Assembly (NCBI GenBank): GCA_045536845.1
Contig: JAZSOG010000052.1
Span: 8,932 to 72,931 of the forward strand
Reading direction: 5' to 3'
DNA length: 64,000 nt
Origin: Kiritimatiellia bacterium
Lineage (GTDB): Bacteria; Verrucomicrobiota; Kiritimatiellia; RFP12; UBA1067
Part shown: positions 38,813 through 48,395 of the stretch, piece by piece
How the letters are laid out: every line of letters begins with the position of its first letter
Numbering within the stretch: position 1 is the stretch's first letter
Notes under the pieces: model-generated
What the model saw: only the letters and a program-made list of their open reading frames with translations
What the model was told of the DNA's origin: nothing
Databases searched by the model: none
Translations under genes and position numbers: made by a program

Positions 38813-39688
38813 ATGAACATCAAGAAAATAGCATGCGCGGCTGCCGTCTGCGGTTGCGTCTCGCTTGCGACTGCCGCTGACGAGGTCGCAGAAGCGGAGA
38901 AGGGCGAGGTCGAGGAGGACGCGCCGGTCGTATCCGCCGAGTTCGGCCTCCAGTTCGACTCGAAGTACATGACATACGGCGTGATCGACGGCAAGGATCC
39001 GATTCTGACGCCGAGCGCGCAGCTTACGTTCTTTGACTGGGCGTATGTCGGCGTTGAGTCGATCTTCGACCTGACGAAAGGCAACGGCAAGCGCGGCGAC
39101 TACGGCAACCGCGCCGGAAAGTGGACGACGCTCGACATGATCGTCGGCCTTTCGCACGAGTTCGACCTCGGGGAGACACTTGGCGCTCTTTCTGTCGACG
39201 TCAACTACATCTACGAGTACCTTCGCCGCCACCACAGCGACATGGGCGACACGCAGTACATCAACCTGGAGCTTTCGCTCGGGGACCTTTGGTTTGAGCC
39301 GACACTCGGAATCGAGCGCGACCTGATGGCCGACGAGGGCACGTACGTGAACCTCGAGGTCGGACACACCTTCGCGCTCGTCGGCGACGACGAAGACCCG
39401 ACGCTCACCTTCAGGCCGTCGATCGCGCAGGGCTTCGGCGACAAGCACAGGACACGCGGGTACGAGCTTGCCGACGACCACGGCGGAGTGATGGACACGA
39501 CTATCAAGGGCGAGTTCGAGTGGGCGATCTGCGACCACGTCGCGCTCACGGCCTACATCGCCTACAGCGACTACTGGTTCGACTCGAAGCTCCGCGATGG
39601 CGCGCGTGCCTACAACGGCGCGTGGGGATCGAGCTGCGACCACTCCTGGACCTTCTACGGCGGAATGGGCGTCACCGTCTCGTTCTGA
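38813..39688 (+). CDS. Outer-membrane beta-barrel, TorF/TIGR02001-like
   Basis: Signal peptide, DSKYMTYG near the N-terminus, alternating strands, terminal GMGVTVSF. Confidence 0.7.
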   Translation: MNIKKIACAAAVCGCVSLATAADEVAEAEKGEVEEDAPVVSAEFGLQFDSKYMTYGVIDGKDPILTPSAQLTFFDWAYVGVESIFDLTKGNGKRGDYGNRAGKWTTLDMIVGLSHEFDLGETLGALSVDVNYIYEYLRRHHSDMGDTQYINLELSLGDLWFEPTLGIERDLMADEGTYVNLEVGHTFALVGDDEDPTLTFRPSIAQGFGDKHRTRGYELADDHGGVMDTTIKGEFEWAICDHVALTAYIAYSDYWFDSKLRDGARAYNGAWGSSCDHSWTFYGGMGVTVSF

Positions 39689-39863
39689 CGGTGTCCGGTG
39701 TGGCGGGCATGGCGTAGTGGTGGTGGACGCTTCCGTTGTTGCGCCCGACGCGGTGGGATCCGCTCCTGTAGCAGCCTTCGTGGTGGCGGCCCGTTCTCTC
39801 GGACTTGCATCCTGCGAACAGAAATCCGGCGGCGAATAGCGAAACAATCAAAATCCTGGACAT
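39672..39863 (-). CDS. Small His-rich lipoprotein, 63 aa
   Basis: AAGGAG RBS, lipobox FLFAGC, RHHEG..HHHY. Confidence 0.5.
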   Translation of the reverse strand: MSRILIVSLFAAGFLFAGCKSERTGRHHEGCYRSGSHRVGRNNGSVHHHYAMPATPDTVRTRR

Positions 39864-39878
39864 GTGATTCTCCTTTGA

Positions 39879-40001
39879 GCTGTAGCGCATCACGCCTTTC
39901 TCGTTCAGCCACCAGATGATGATGGCCTTGTACTTCCCGCCGATGACGGCGATAGCCGCCTCCACCGTGCAATGCAGTTTCTTCGCCTCGCCCTTGGTCA
40001 T
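39879..40001 (-). pseudogene. N-terminal remnant of an HxlR-family regulator
   Basis: CTVEAAIAVIGGKYKAIIIWWL..GVMRYS, then homology ends. Confidence 0.8.
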
Positions 40002-40074
40002 TTTGCCAACCTTTGTTTCCTTTTGGTTAGTATGATACAAAAAAGTGCATTCTTGCGCTCATGGAAAATATTAT

Positions 40075-40212
40075 GGCTGGGGCGGCAAGATCGACTTCAC
40101 GGACGTCCTTCTTCTCCTGAAGATCGACGGAGAATGGAAGTGTGTCGCCAAGGCGCACATGGACGTCGCGGACTACTTTGGAATTGCTTCGGGCAACAAC
40201 ACGGACCGGCTT
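40075..40212 (+). pseudogene. Fused remnants: lumazine-binding/NTF2-like C-terminus and a flavin-reductase-like fragment
   Basis: FTDVLLLLKIDGEWKCVAK, then ADYFGIASGNNTDR (compare CDYLGLVSGNKTPDK in the flavin reductase at 60.3-60.9 kb). Confidence 0.55.
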
Positions 40213-40309
40213 CATGCACCTTGCACCCACCAGTGAGCACAATGTCTTGAAGGTGTTCCTCGTCTATTCGCCGTCGGCTGCGAACGATGTCGCAGATAAT
40301 TTAGATTCG

Positions 40310-40342
40310 ATTTAACACGATTCTAACACAATCCTCACGGGC
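40310..40342 (+). promoter_or_regulatory. 11-bp tandem repeat, candidate PhoB-type operator upstream of the Na/Pi transporter
   Basis: ATTTAACACGA TTCTAACACAA TCCTCACGGGC. Confidence 0.6.
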
Positions 40343-40449
40343 GAATAACATGGATTTGGGACAATACCGGGCGACAGAAAAAAAAGACAAACATAATTCT
40401 GGTTTTACGTGCAAATCGCTAAACCAGTCCAACAATGACAGGAGGAACA

Positions 40450-42141
40450 ATGACAGGAAGTGTGCAGATTGCCGTGACGGCGATCGGAGGACTCGCGCTA
40501 TTCATCTACGGAATGGGTCTGATGAGTGACGGCCTCAGGGAGACGGCCGGGAGCAAACTGAAGGCCGTGCTTGGGTACATGACGAAAAACAGGTTCTTCG
40601 CGATAGCGGCGGGAGCCGGGGTGACCGCGCTCATCCAGAGCTCCTCCGCGACAAGCGTCATGACCGTGGGATTCGTCAACGCCGGTCTGCTGTCGCTGGA
40701 GCAGGCGATCGGCGTAATATTCGGCGCCAACATAGGAACGACCATCACGGGACAGATCGTTTCGCTGAAACTGGACGACCTCGCACTTCCGGCCATCACG
40801 ATAGGCGTGGCCGGACTACTAGCCGCCCGCGGCAAGTCAATGCGCGGGATTCTGCGCACGGTGCTGGGATTCGGCTTCCTCTTCTACGGCATGCAGGTCA
40901 TGAGCCATGAACTGAAGTCACTGACGGAAATGCCTGCGTTCATCCGGTTCTTCTCGACGTTCGACTGCACGCCATCGGCAACGGGACACCTTCCGCTGGG
41001 GTGCGTGCTCGGCGCGATAGCCGTCGGCACCCTGTGCACGATGCTCGTCCAGAGTTCGTCGGCGACAATAGGCATCACCATCGCGCTCGCGGAGGCAGGA
41101 GCCATCAACATATGGACGGCAATCCCGATAGTCCTCGGCGACAACATCGGCACGACGGTCACAGCCGGACTGGCGGCGATCGGCACAAATGCAAATGCAA
41201 GGCGCACGGCGCTGGCCCATGCGCTTTTCAACCTGCTCGGGACGATGATACTGACGGCGTCGTTCGCCCTTGTGTTCACCGCGTCGGACGGAGTCGGCGC
41301 GCCCGCGTTCTTCCATCTGGTCGATCTCTGCGTTCCAGGCGACAGCTTCACGGGAGCAAACCCGGGGCGCCACGTGGCCATGGCCCACACGCTCTTCAAC
41401 GTCGGGAACGTCATCCTGCTATCCGCCTTCATTCCCGCGCTTGCCCGGATCTGCGAGACGATCATACGCTCCAAGGGGGAATCGCGCACGCTCACGCTCG
41501 AACCCAAACTGCTCGTCGCACCCGCCCTGGCTTTGCAGGCGGCCGCCTCCGCAGTCGCCGAGATGACACGACGCGCATGGACGGTCGCCTCGGTTGCGCT
41601 CAACAACAGCCTCGGCAAGACATCCGTAAATCCAGAGTCGATCGAAGCGGCCGAACGCAAGGTAGATGAGATGCGCGAGCAGATAAAGGCGTACCTCGTG
41701 GAGATTTCCCAGCGCAAGCTGTCCCAGCGCGAGGCGCTGATGATCCCGGAGCTCATCCACTGCGCAAACGACGCGGAGCGAATCAGCGACCTGGCGCTCA
41801 AGGTCTGCAGGAAGGGAGACGTCGTCAGAGGCGGCATAGCGAACCCCGGTGCCGTTTCCCTCGTAGCAGGCGTGGCGGCACAGGTCAGGCAGTTCGCCCA
41901 CGACACAATCGACGCGATGAGAAACGGCAAGCCGCCCGCCTTCGACCCGAAGAGCATCGACAGCGGAATCAGGTCCGCCGCGCGCATGGCGACTCTCGAG
42001 CTGTGGAACGACCAGCCGTCCCGCGGTGCGCACACGAGCGAGTACCTTGCGCTGGTGTCGGTATTCAAGTGCCTCGGCGACATTTCCCGCCACATCGGAA
42101 ACATCGCCGTGCGGGCCAGGGGGTTTTCGAGCGCCGTCTAG
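40450..42141 (+). CDS. Na/Pi cotransporter (NptA/YjbB) with PhoU-like C-terminus, copy 1
   Basis: IQSSSATSVM, IFGANIGTT, VQSSSATIG, VLGDNIGTT; AGGAGG RBS. Confidence 0.93.
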   Translation: MTGSVQIAVTAIGGLALFIYGMGLMSDGLRETAGSKLKAVLGYMTKNRFFAIAAGAGVTALIQSSSATSVMTVGFVNAGLLSLEQAIGVIFGANIGTTITGQIVSLKLDDLALPAITIGVAGLLAARGKSMRGILRTVLGFGFLFYGMQVMSHELKSLTEMPAFIRFFSTFDCTPSATGHLPLGCVLGAIAVGTLCTMLVQSSSATIGITIALAEAGAINIWTAIPIVLGDNIGTTVTAGLAAIGTNANARRTALAHALFNLLGTMILTASFALVFTASDGVGAPAFFHLVDLCVPGDSFTGANPGRHVAMAHTLFNVGNVILLSAFIPALARICETIIRSKGESRTLTLEPKLLVAPALALQAAASAVAEMTRRAWTVASVALNNSLGKTSVNPESIEAAERKVDEMREQIKAYLVEISQRKLSQREALMIPELIHCANDAERISDLALKVCRKGDVVRGGIANPGAVSLVAGVAAQVRQFAHDTIDAMRNGKPPAFDPKSIDSGIRSAARMATLELWNDQPSRGAHTSEYLALVSVFKCLGDISRHIGNIAVRARGFSSAV

Positions 42142-42181
42142 GGCGCCGCAGGCCACGGTGAGTTTTGGTATAATACAAGTC

Positions 42182-42865
42182 ATGAATCAGCCAAAGATAC
42201 TCGTCGTCGAGGACGATCCGTCCATCCGCCGCGTAATCGTGCTGGCACTCAAAAGCGCGGACTACGCGAAGATAGCGGAGGTTGCATCGGGCGATGCGGC
42301 GCTTGAAGCCGCGTTCAGGATGCGTCCCGACCTTGTCCTGCTCGACATCATGCTCCCCGGAATGGACGGGCTGTCGGTGTGCCGGGCCCTTCGGTCGAAT
42401 CCCGAGACGGCCGCTGCGGCAATCGTCATGCTGACCGCCAAGGGCGCAGATCGGGACGTCGTAGCCGGACTGGACGCAGGAGCCAACGACTACATCGCCA
42501 AGCCCTTCTCCAAGGACGTGCTGCTGGCCCGCATCAGGGCCGCGCTGCGGACAAGCGGCGCCGCAGACGCGACGCATTTGTCGCTCGACGGTCTTGTCCT
42601 CGACAACACCACCCACCGCGTCACGCTGGACGGAGCGGACCTGAAGCTCACGCTCACCGAGTTCAGAATACTGGAGCTGCTGCTGCTCAACGTCGGACGC
42701 GTGTTCGAGCGCGCGCGGATAATCGACCGCATATCGGGCGGGGAGAAGATTGTCACGGAGCGGACCATAGACGTGCAGATGGTGGGTCTGCGCCGCAAGC
42801 TTGGCACATGGGCCAGACACATAGAGACGATCAGGGGAGTCGGATACCGGTTGGACGAAAAATGA
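42182..42865 (+). CDS. OmpR/PhoB-family response regulator, copy 1
   Basis: VVEDD, LLDIMLPGMDG, KPFS, RTIDVQMVGLRRKL, IETIRGVGY; TGGTATAAT 7 nt upstream. Confidence 0.95.
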   Translation: MNQPKILVVEDDPSIRRVIVLALKSADYAKIAEVASGDAALEAAFRMRPDLVLLDIMLPGMDGLSVCRALRSNPETAAAAIVMLTAKGADRDVVAGLDAGANDYIAKPFSKDVLLARIRAALRTSGAADATHLSLDGLVLDNTTHRVTLDGADLKLTLTEFRILELLLLNVGRVFERARIIDRISGGEKIVTERTIDVQMVGLRRKLGTWARHIETIRGVGYRLDEK

Positions 42866-44076
42866 AAAAACGGTTTGACAGAAGTCTGGCGGCCGCTGCC
42901 GCCGGCGGCGCGTGCATCGTGGTGTTCTCGCTGATCCTCTTCGCCGTCGCTCGCAGCTTCCGCTCGTCGATAGCGGAAATGGCGGAGTCCGGCACCCGCG
43001 TGACAATCGTCAACGCCGACGGATCGGTTTTCTACGACACCGACGACGCAACGGACAACCACGCAACGCGCGAGGAGGTGCGACAGGCATTCGCGCGCGG
43101 GCACAGCACCGTGCTGCGCCACTCCGACACCCTGAACCGCGACTTCCTCTACTGTGCGCGCACGGTCGATGGCCGCGTTGTCAGGCTTGCCGTGCCGTAC
43201 ACAGGCGTGATAAGGTCGCAGCGTCTCGCCTGGGCCGGGCTTTGCGCCGCCGTGGCGATGGGCGCATGCGTGATCGTGCTGGTCTTCGTGGTGACACGAA
43301 GGCTGACAAGGCGACTCGACGAGCAATCCAAGAGGCTGGAGATCGCAGCCGCAAACGAGAGGTTCCGCCGCGAATTCACGACAAACGTCACGCACGAGCT
43401 GAAAAGCCCCCTGACGGCGATACAAGGCGCCGTTGACGTCCTTGGTGACGGATCGTGCCTTTCGGAAGAGGAACGCAAGGATCTGTTCGGAATAATACAC
43501 GGCGAAAGCGCAAGACTTGGGTCTCTTGTCGGAGACGTGCTTTCTCTCGCCCAGATAGAGCAGGAGGAGATAGAACATTCCCACGACTTTGCGGACGTTC
43601 CCCTGGCGGAACTGGTCGATGCAGTGGCGACCCGCGAGCAAGCCAAGGCGAACGCCGCACATGTGAAGATCGCGGTCGTGCGCAACGACGACGTCCACGT
43701 CAAGGGTGACGTCGGCAGGCTGGAGGAAATCCTCGAGAACCTGATAGACAACGCCCTGCGCTACTCCGGATCGGACCGCATAGACGTTTCTTCTGCGGCC
43801 ACGCCGACGGAGGTGACCGTATCCGTCACCGACTTCGGAATCGGAATACCTGCGGAGCACATTCCGCACATCTTCGAGCGATTCTACCGCGTCAACAAGT
43901 CGAGAAGCAGGTCGCTGGGCGGCACCGGGCTCGGGCTGGCGATTGTGAAGCACCTCGTCCAGCTGCACGGCGGATCGGTTTCGGTGGTCTCGTCTCCCGG
44001 ACAAGGCACGACATTCTCATTCACCCTTTCGCGCCTGCCGCATCCAGCCGCTCCCCGCGCCGCCACCATGCTATGA
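42862..44076 (+). CDS. PhoR-like sensor histidine kinase, copy 1
   Basis: NHATREEV, NVTHELKSPLT, NLIDNALRY, FERFYRVNKSRSRSLGGTGLGL. Confidence 0.93.
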   Translation: MKKRFDRSLAAAAAGGACIVVFSLILFAVARSFRSSIAEMAESGTRVTIVNADGSVFYDTDDATDNHATREEVRQAFARGHSTVLRHSDTLNRDFLYCARTVDGRVVRLAVPYTGVIRSQRLAWAGLCAAVAMGACVIVLVFVVTRRLTRRLDEQSKRLEIAAANERFRREFTTNVTHELKSPLTAIQGAVDVLGDGSCLSEEERKDLFGIIHGESARLGSLVGDVLSLAQIEQEEIEHSHDFADVPLAELVDAVATREQAKANAAHVKIAVVRNDDVHVKGDVGRLEEILENLIDNALRYSGSDRIDVSSAATPTEVTVSVTDFGIGIPAEHIPHIFERFYRVNKSRSRSLGGTGLGLAIVKHLVQLHGGSVSVVSSPGQGTTFSFTLSRLPHPAAPRAATML

Positions 44077-45410
44077 ACGGCAAACGACCAACGCAAACCG
44101 CACTCGCATGCATTGCAGCGGCAGGCACCATCATCTTGTCGGCGACTTCATTCGGATCCTCGACCAACCTCAACGTGTCAGCCGGTGCGGACGTCCGCCT
44201 GCGCTACGACGGAACGGACAACCTCCCGACGACATCAAGGAGGGAGTCCGTCCCAAGTGACTACGCACGCATCCGCATACGCCCGTGGCTCAAGGCCGAA
44301 TACCAGGACATCGGGATGTTCGTCCGACTGTCCGACGAATTCCGCGCCTACCGCGCGCCGGACGCGCTGTCGCGCAAGCAGCGCTGGCCTGACGTCCTGT
44401 TCATCGACAACCTTTACGTCGCATGGAACGGCGCATTCGACGCCCTCGACTTCAAGCTCGGACGGCAGGACATGTCGTTCGGCGCCCAGCGCATCGTATC
44501 GGACGGCACGGGTGGCGACGGATCGAGAAGCGCGTACTTCGACGGACTGCGCGTCACCTGGCATGCCGACGAGAAGCGCACCCTCGACATGTTCGGAATC
44601 TACCAGACGTTCGACGACTGGCTTCCGACCCTCGGCAAGGAGCACGCCAACGGAGAGAAGCCGCACGACTACGACATGACGGGGTACGGGCAGGACGAAT
44701 ACGGACTCGGACTCTACTGGCAGGACAGATCAAATGAAGACTTCGGATACGACGCATACTACGTGGCCAAGGGCGAACGCCGTCCATCACATGCGAAGTA
44801 CAGGAAGGAAGGCCGCCACGCCGACTCGCACACATTCGGCTTGAGGCTCCTCCCTCGGTTTACCGAGACGCTATACGGAGAACTCGAACTCGCCGGACAG
44901 GTGGGCTCCGAGATAAAGCTCGCAGGGCAGTGCTACGCGGGCCTGACATGGAAACCGGAGACGGCATGCAAGCCAAGCCTCACTGGTGCACTGTGGTGTC
45001 TCTCGGGCGATTCTGACGGCGAGCGCGGCAACACCTCATGGCACGCCGTATTCAACCGCGAAACTGGGCTCGGCGAGTCGATCGCGCCAATGTACTCGAA
45101 GTACAACTACACCAACCTCGTCTACCCGCACCTCGCGGGCGAGTGCGAGCTCGGTGACTTCTCGAAGCTCGCGTGCCAGGCGGGTCCGCTCTTCACCGCA
45201 GTGCGCGAGGACGATGCCGACGGATCCTACCGAGGGTTCTACGCGCAGGTCAAATACACCATCCACCCCGACAAGTTGTTTGGCGCCGACATCCTGAGGG
45301 GAGGCGAGCTGTCATTCCAGGTCGAGTGCTTCGACAAGGGAAACTACTTCAGGGACCACAACGACCACACGGCGATATTCGGACGCATCGAGCTCGTCTG
45401 GAAATTTTAA
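44073..45410 (+). CDS. Outer-membrane beta-barrel, alginate-export-family-like
   Basis: Signal peptide, RLRYD, DNLYVAW, KLGRQDM.FG, FDGLR, terminal WKF. Confidence 0.75.
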   Translation: MNGKRPTQTALACIAAAGTIILSATSFGSSTNLNVSAGADVRLRYDGTDNLPTTSRRESVPSDYARIRIRPWLKAEYQDIGMFVRLSDEFRAYRAPDALSRKQRWPDVLFIDNLYVAWNGAFDALDFKLGRQDMSFGAQRIVSDGTGGDGSRSAYFDGLRVTWHADEKRTLDMFGIYQTFDDWLPTLGKEHANGEKPHDYDMTGYGQDEYGLGLYWQDRSNEDFGYDAYYVAKGERRPSHAKYRKEGRHADSHTFGLRLLPRFTETLYGELELAGQVGSEIKLAGQCYAGLTWKPETACKPSLTGALWCLSGDSDGERGNTSWHAVFNRETGLGESIAPMYSKYNYTNLVYPHLAGECELGDFSKLACQAGPLFTAVREDDADGSYRGFYAQVKYTIHPDKLFGADILRGGELSFQVECFDKGNYFRDHNDHTAIFGRIELVWKF

Positions 45411-45437
45411 CGCGATCCTCACACGATTCCAACGAGG
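45405..45437 (+). promoter_or_regulatory. 11-bp tandem repeat matching the 40310 motif
   Basis: TTTTAACGCGA TCCTCACACGA TTCCAACGAGG. Confidence 0.55.
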
Positions 45438-45473
45438 AACAAACATCATCGCTGGCGGAAACCTCCGCATTGC

Positions 45474-47165
45474 TCATTTGCGGTCGGCCAATGTCTCGGC
45501 CATGTTGATGTAGCAGGACCGGATGCGTTCGTAGGCGTTCAGGATGTCAAGCTCGGCGAGAACGCGCACCGGCGAATCCGGATCGTCGGAGCCGACGCGA
45601 GAGAGCTGCTTCCCCCTGGCGTCGTGGATGCATCCGCCAATGTCATGCGAATTCGCCTGAAGCGCGGCGAGGTCGAACATCGGGCGTGGAGACTTGATGA
45701 GCCCTGACACCGTTTGCGCAAACTCAAAGACGGTTTCATGGACGCCCAGCAATGTTTGACAAGACTGTGCGGAGAAGTTCTGTCCGCCTTTCCTGAGCCG
45801 CCGCGTCGCTTTCAGGATCGTGGCCGCCTCGTCCGAGACGGACTCCAGCTCGTCCGAAAGCCGCAGAAGCCGCCGGACCCTGTCGGATACCTCGGTCGGT
45901 GCGCGTTTGACCATGATCCTGCCAAGAAACTCCGTGATCTCCCGCTGGACGTTGTCCAAAACCTCCTCGCGATGCAGGATATGCTTTTCTGCGGAATTGG
46001 TTGCCTCGCCCGTAAGCACATCCTTGACACCCGCCAGTAGCTCAATGTCGCTGTCCCGCATGAACCCGACTTCAAGAAGCGCCTGATCGCAGGCGATGAC
46101 GGGCGAGATGTACGAGGACAACCTGAGCGCACTCAAATGCGGTTTTTCAGCAGGCAGTGCTTTTATGATGCGAGAGACGAAACGCGCGAACTGTCGCGAG
46201 AACGGTAGGAAGAACAACGTCGTTATGACATTGAAGATCGTATGAACCGCAGCCATTGGCGCGGCAATGTGCGGATACGTCGTCACGCCGTTCGCTGTCA
46301 CGGCTTCCGCGTAGCGGGGGAAGAATGACGTCGCCATCGGAAGGATCACGGGGATGAAGAACGGAATAAGCAGGACCGTGCCCGCGACGTTGAAGAGCGT
46401 ATGTGCAAGCGCCGTCTGCCGCGCCTCGGCGGAGCTGTTGAACGCGGCAAGCCACGCTGTCATCGTCGTTCCGATGTTCATCCCGAACACAGTGGCGGAT
46501 GCCGCCTCGAAACTCAAAAGCCCCTGCTGTGCGAGAGTCATGGCAATCGCTGTAGTAGCCGCGGAGGACTGCACGACTGCGGTAAAGGCGAGCGAAACGA
46601 GGACGCATTTTGCAAGTCCCCAAGCCGTTGTCGCATCAAGGGATCTGAACGCGTCAACCACCGCCGGCATGGTTCGGACAGGTTCCATTCCCTCTTTCAT
46701 ACAGTAGAGCCCTATGAAGATGCAGCCGAGCCCCATGAAGGCGAGACCGATATTGTGAAGCCGTTCGTTGTGCTGGAAGAAGTAGAAGAAGTAGAGCGCC
46801 GCACCCACGAGAACGGCACACAGTCCGAGCATCTCCACGTCTGGCGCGAACGCAATGAGCCATGCCGTGGCCGTGGTTCCGATGTTCGAGCCTATGATGA
46901 CATTGATCGCCTGTGACAGGTTCATGAGCCCGGACGAGACGAATCCGACTACCATGACCGTGATGATCGAGGACGACTGGACAATAACGGTTGAAATGAC
47001 GCCTGTGCCCACTCCCGCCAGACGGTGTGTCGTCGCAAGTGACATGAAGCGCCTGAGGCCCGATCCGCTGACGGCCTGCAATCCTTCCGAAAGATGCTTC
47101 ATGCCTAATAGGAACAAGCCCAACCCACCGCTGACGGTTATCAATATTGAAAACACCTGACTCAT
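45474..47165 (-). CDS. Na/Pi cotransporter (NptA/YjbB), copy 2
   Basis: VQSSSIITVM, IGSNIGTT, VQSSAATT, FGMNIGTT. Confidence 0.93.
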   Translation of the reverse strand: MSQVFSILITVSGGLGLFLLGMKHLSEGLQAVSGSGLRRFMSLATTHRLAGVGTGVISTVIVQSSSIITVMVVGFVSSGLMNLSQAINVIIGSNIGTTATAWLIAFAPDVEMLGLCAVLVGAALYFFYFFQHNERLHNIGLAFMGLGCIFIGLYCMKEGMEPVRTMPAVVDAFRSLDATTAWGLAKCVLVSLAFTAVVQSSAATTAIAMTLAQQGLLSFEAASATVFGMNIGTTMTAWLAAFNSSAEARQTALAHTLFNVAGTVLLIPFFIPVILPMATSFFPRYAEAVTANGVTTYPHIAAPMAAVHTIFNVITTLFFLPFSRQFARFVSRIIKALPAEKPHLSALRLSSYISPVIACDQALLEVGFMRDSDIELLAGVKDVLTGEATNSAEKHILHREEVLDNVQREITEFLGRIMVKRAPTEVSDRVRRLLRLSDELESVSDEAATILKATRRLRKGGQNFSAQSCQTLLGVHETVFEFAQTVSGLIKSPRPMFDLAALQANSHDIGGCIHDARGKQLSRVGSDDPDSPVRVLAELDILNAYERIRSCYINMAETLADRK

Positions 47166-47186
47166 TGTCTTCCCTCTGCCTAGATT

Positions 47187-48395
47187 CTAGATGACAAGCG
47201 TGAACGTCGCGCCTTCGCCAGGTTTGGACGAAACCGTCGCCTGACCACCATGCAGCTGCACGATGTGTTTTACGATGGCGAGTCCAAGTCCCGTGCCGCC
47301 AAGGGCACTGCTGCGGTCCTTGTCAACCCGATAGAACCGCTCGAAAAGACGCGGCTGGCAGTCCTCTGGGATTCCGATTCCGTGGTCGATGACGCTGATT
47401 GCCGCTTTGCCGTCCGCTGTCCGCTCAACGCTGATCTCGACCTCTGTCGAGCCGCTGTAACGTAATGCGTTTTGGATGAGGTTGGCGATGGCTGATTCAA
47501 CCAGCCGCGCGTCGCACGGACGGACAAGTTCATCCGTCTCTTGCATCTTGCGAACGAATGAGAGGGCGACGCCCGCCTTCTTGGCCGACGGGCGGGCAAG
47601 GTTGACCGCAGTCTGCGCGATGTCCGCGACTGCGCATGGTGCGAATGCCGCGTCATGTTCCGCCTCGGCCTTTTCGAGCCTGGCCAGCGCGAGGATGTCA
47701 TCCACGAGCGCGACGAGTCGTGAAGAGTGATTCTTGATGACGTTCTGAAGTTCGGCGCGGTCCGCGCTGTCAAGCTGCGCCGTATCGTCAGCGAGCATTT
47801 CCGTAGCGCCGAGAATGCCGGTCACCGGGGTTCTGATCTCGTGCGTGACATTTGATATGAAATTTGTGCGGAAGCGCTCGAGCTTGCGCATCTCCTCCAT
47901 CATCTTGTCCTGAAGGTCGCGTTCGGCGGAGAGACGCGAAAGACGTCGTTCGTAGCGCCGCGTGAGGAAGAACAACGCGGCGACGATCAAGGCACCCGTT
48001 CCGACGGCTGCGATAAGCCCGCGAACCGCGTCCGCCTTGGCGTCGGTCACTGACTGGTACGGAACGGCGATGCGCAGTACGTAGTCGCCGATACGCCGTG
48101 CGAAGTAGAACATCGAGATGCGAAGTGTCTCAGACTCGCGGATGGCGCTGCGGGGCAGGCCGTCCGCGCAGACGGCCTCGAACTCCGCGCGGTCCGCATG
48201 GTTGGGCAGGTCCTTCCCGGCGGAGTCGTATACAACCTTCCCGTTCAGGTCGATGAGCGAAACGCGCACGTCTTCCGCGATTTTATCGACGCTCCGCTTG
48301 AACCGCGCGGTCTGGTTCCATAAAATGGCGCAGCAGACGATGACGCCGGCAAAGGCAAGCGCGGGAGGGAAAAAGAAAGAAAAATTACTTTTCAT
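47187..48395 (-). CDS. PhoR-like sensor histidine kinase, copy 2
   Basis: NHADRAEF, NVTHEIRTPVT, NLIQNALRY, FERFYRVDKDRSSALGGTGLGL. Confidence 0.93.
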   Translation of the reverse strand: MKSNFSFFFPPALAFAGVIVCCAILWNQTARFKRSVDKIAEDVRVSLIDLNGKVVYDSAGKDLPNHADRAEFEAVCADGLPRSAIRESETLRISMFYFARRIGDYVLRIAVPYQSVTDAKADAVRGLIAAVGTGALIVAALFFLTRRYERRLSRLSAERDLQDKMMEEMRKLERFRTNFISNVTHEIRTPVTGILGATEMLADDTAQLDSADRAELQNVIKNHSSRLVALVDDILALARLEKAEAEHDAAFAPCAVADIAQTAVNLARPSAKKAGVALSFVRKMQETDELVRPCDARLVESAIANLIQNALRYSGSTEVEISVERTADGKAAISVIDHGIGIPEDCQPRLFERFYRVDKDRSSALGGTGLGLAIVKHIVQLHGGQATVSSKPGEGATFTLVI

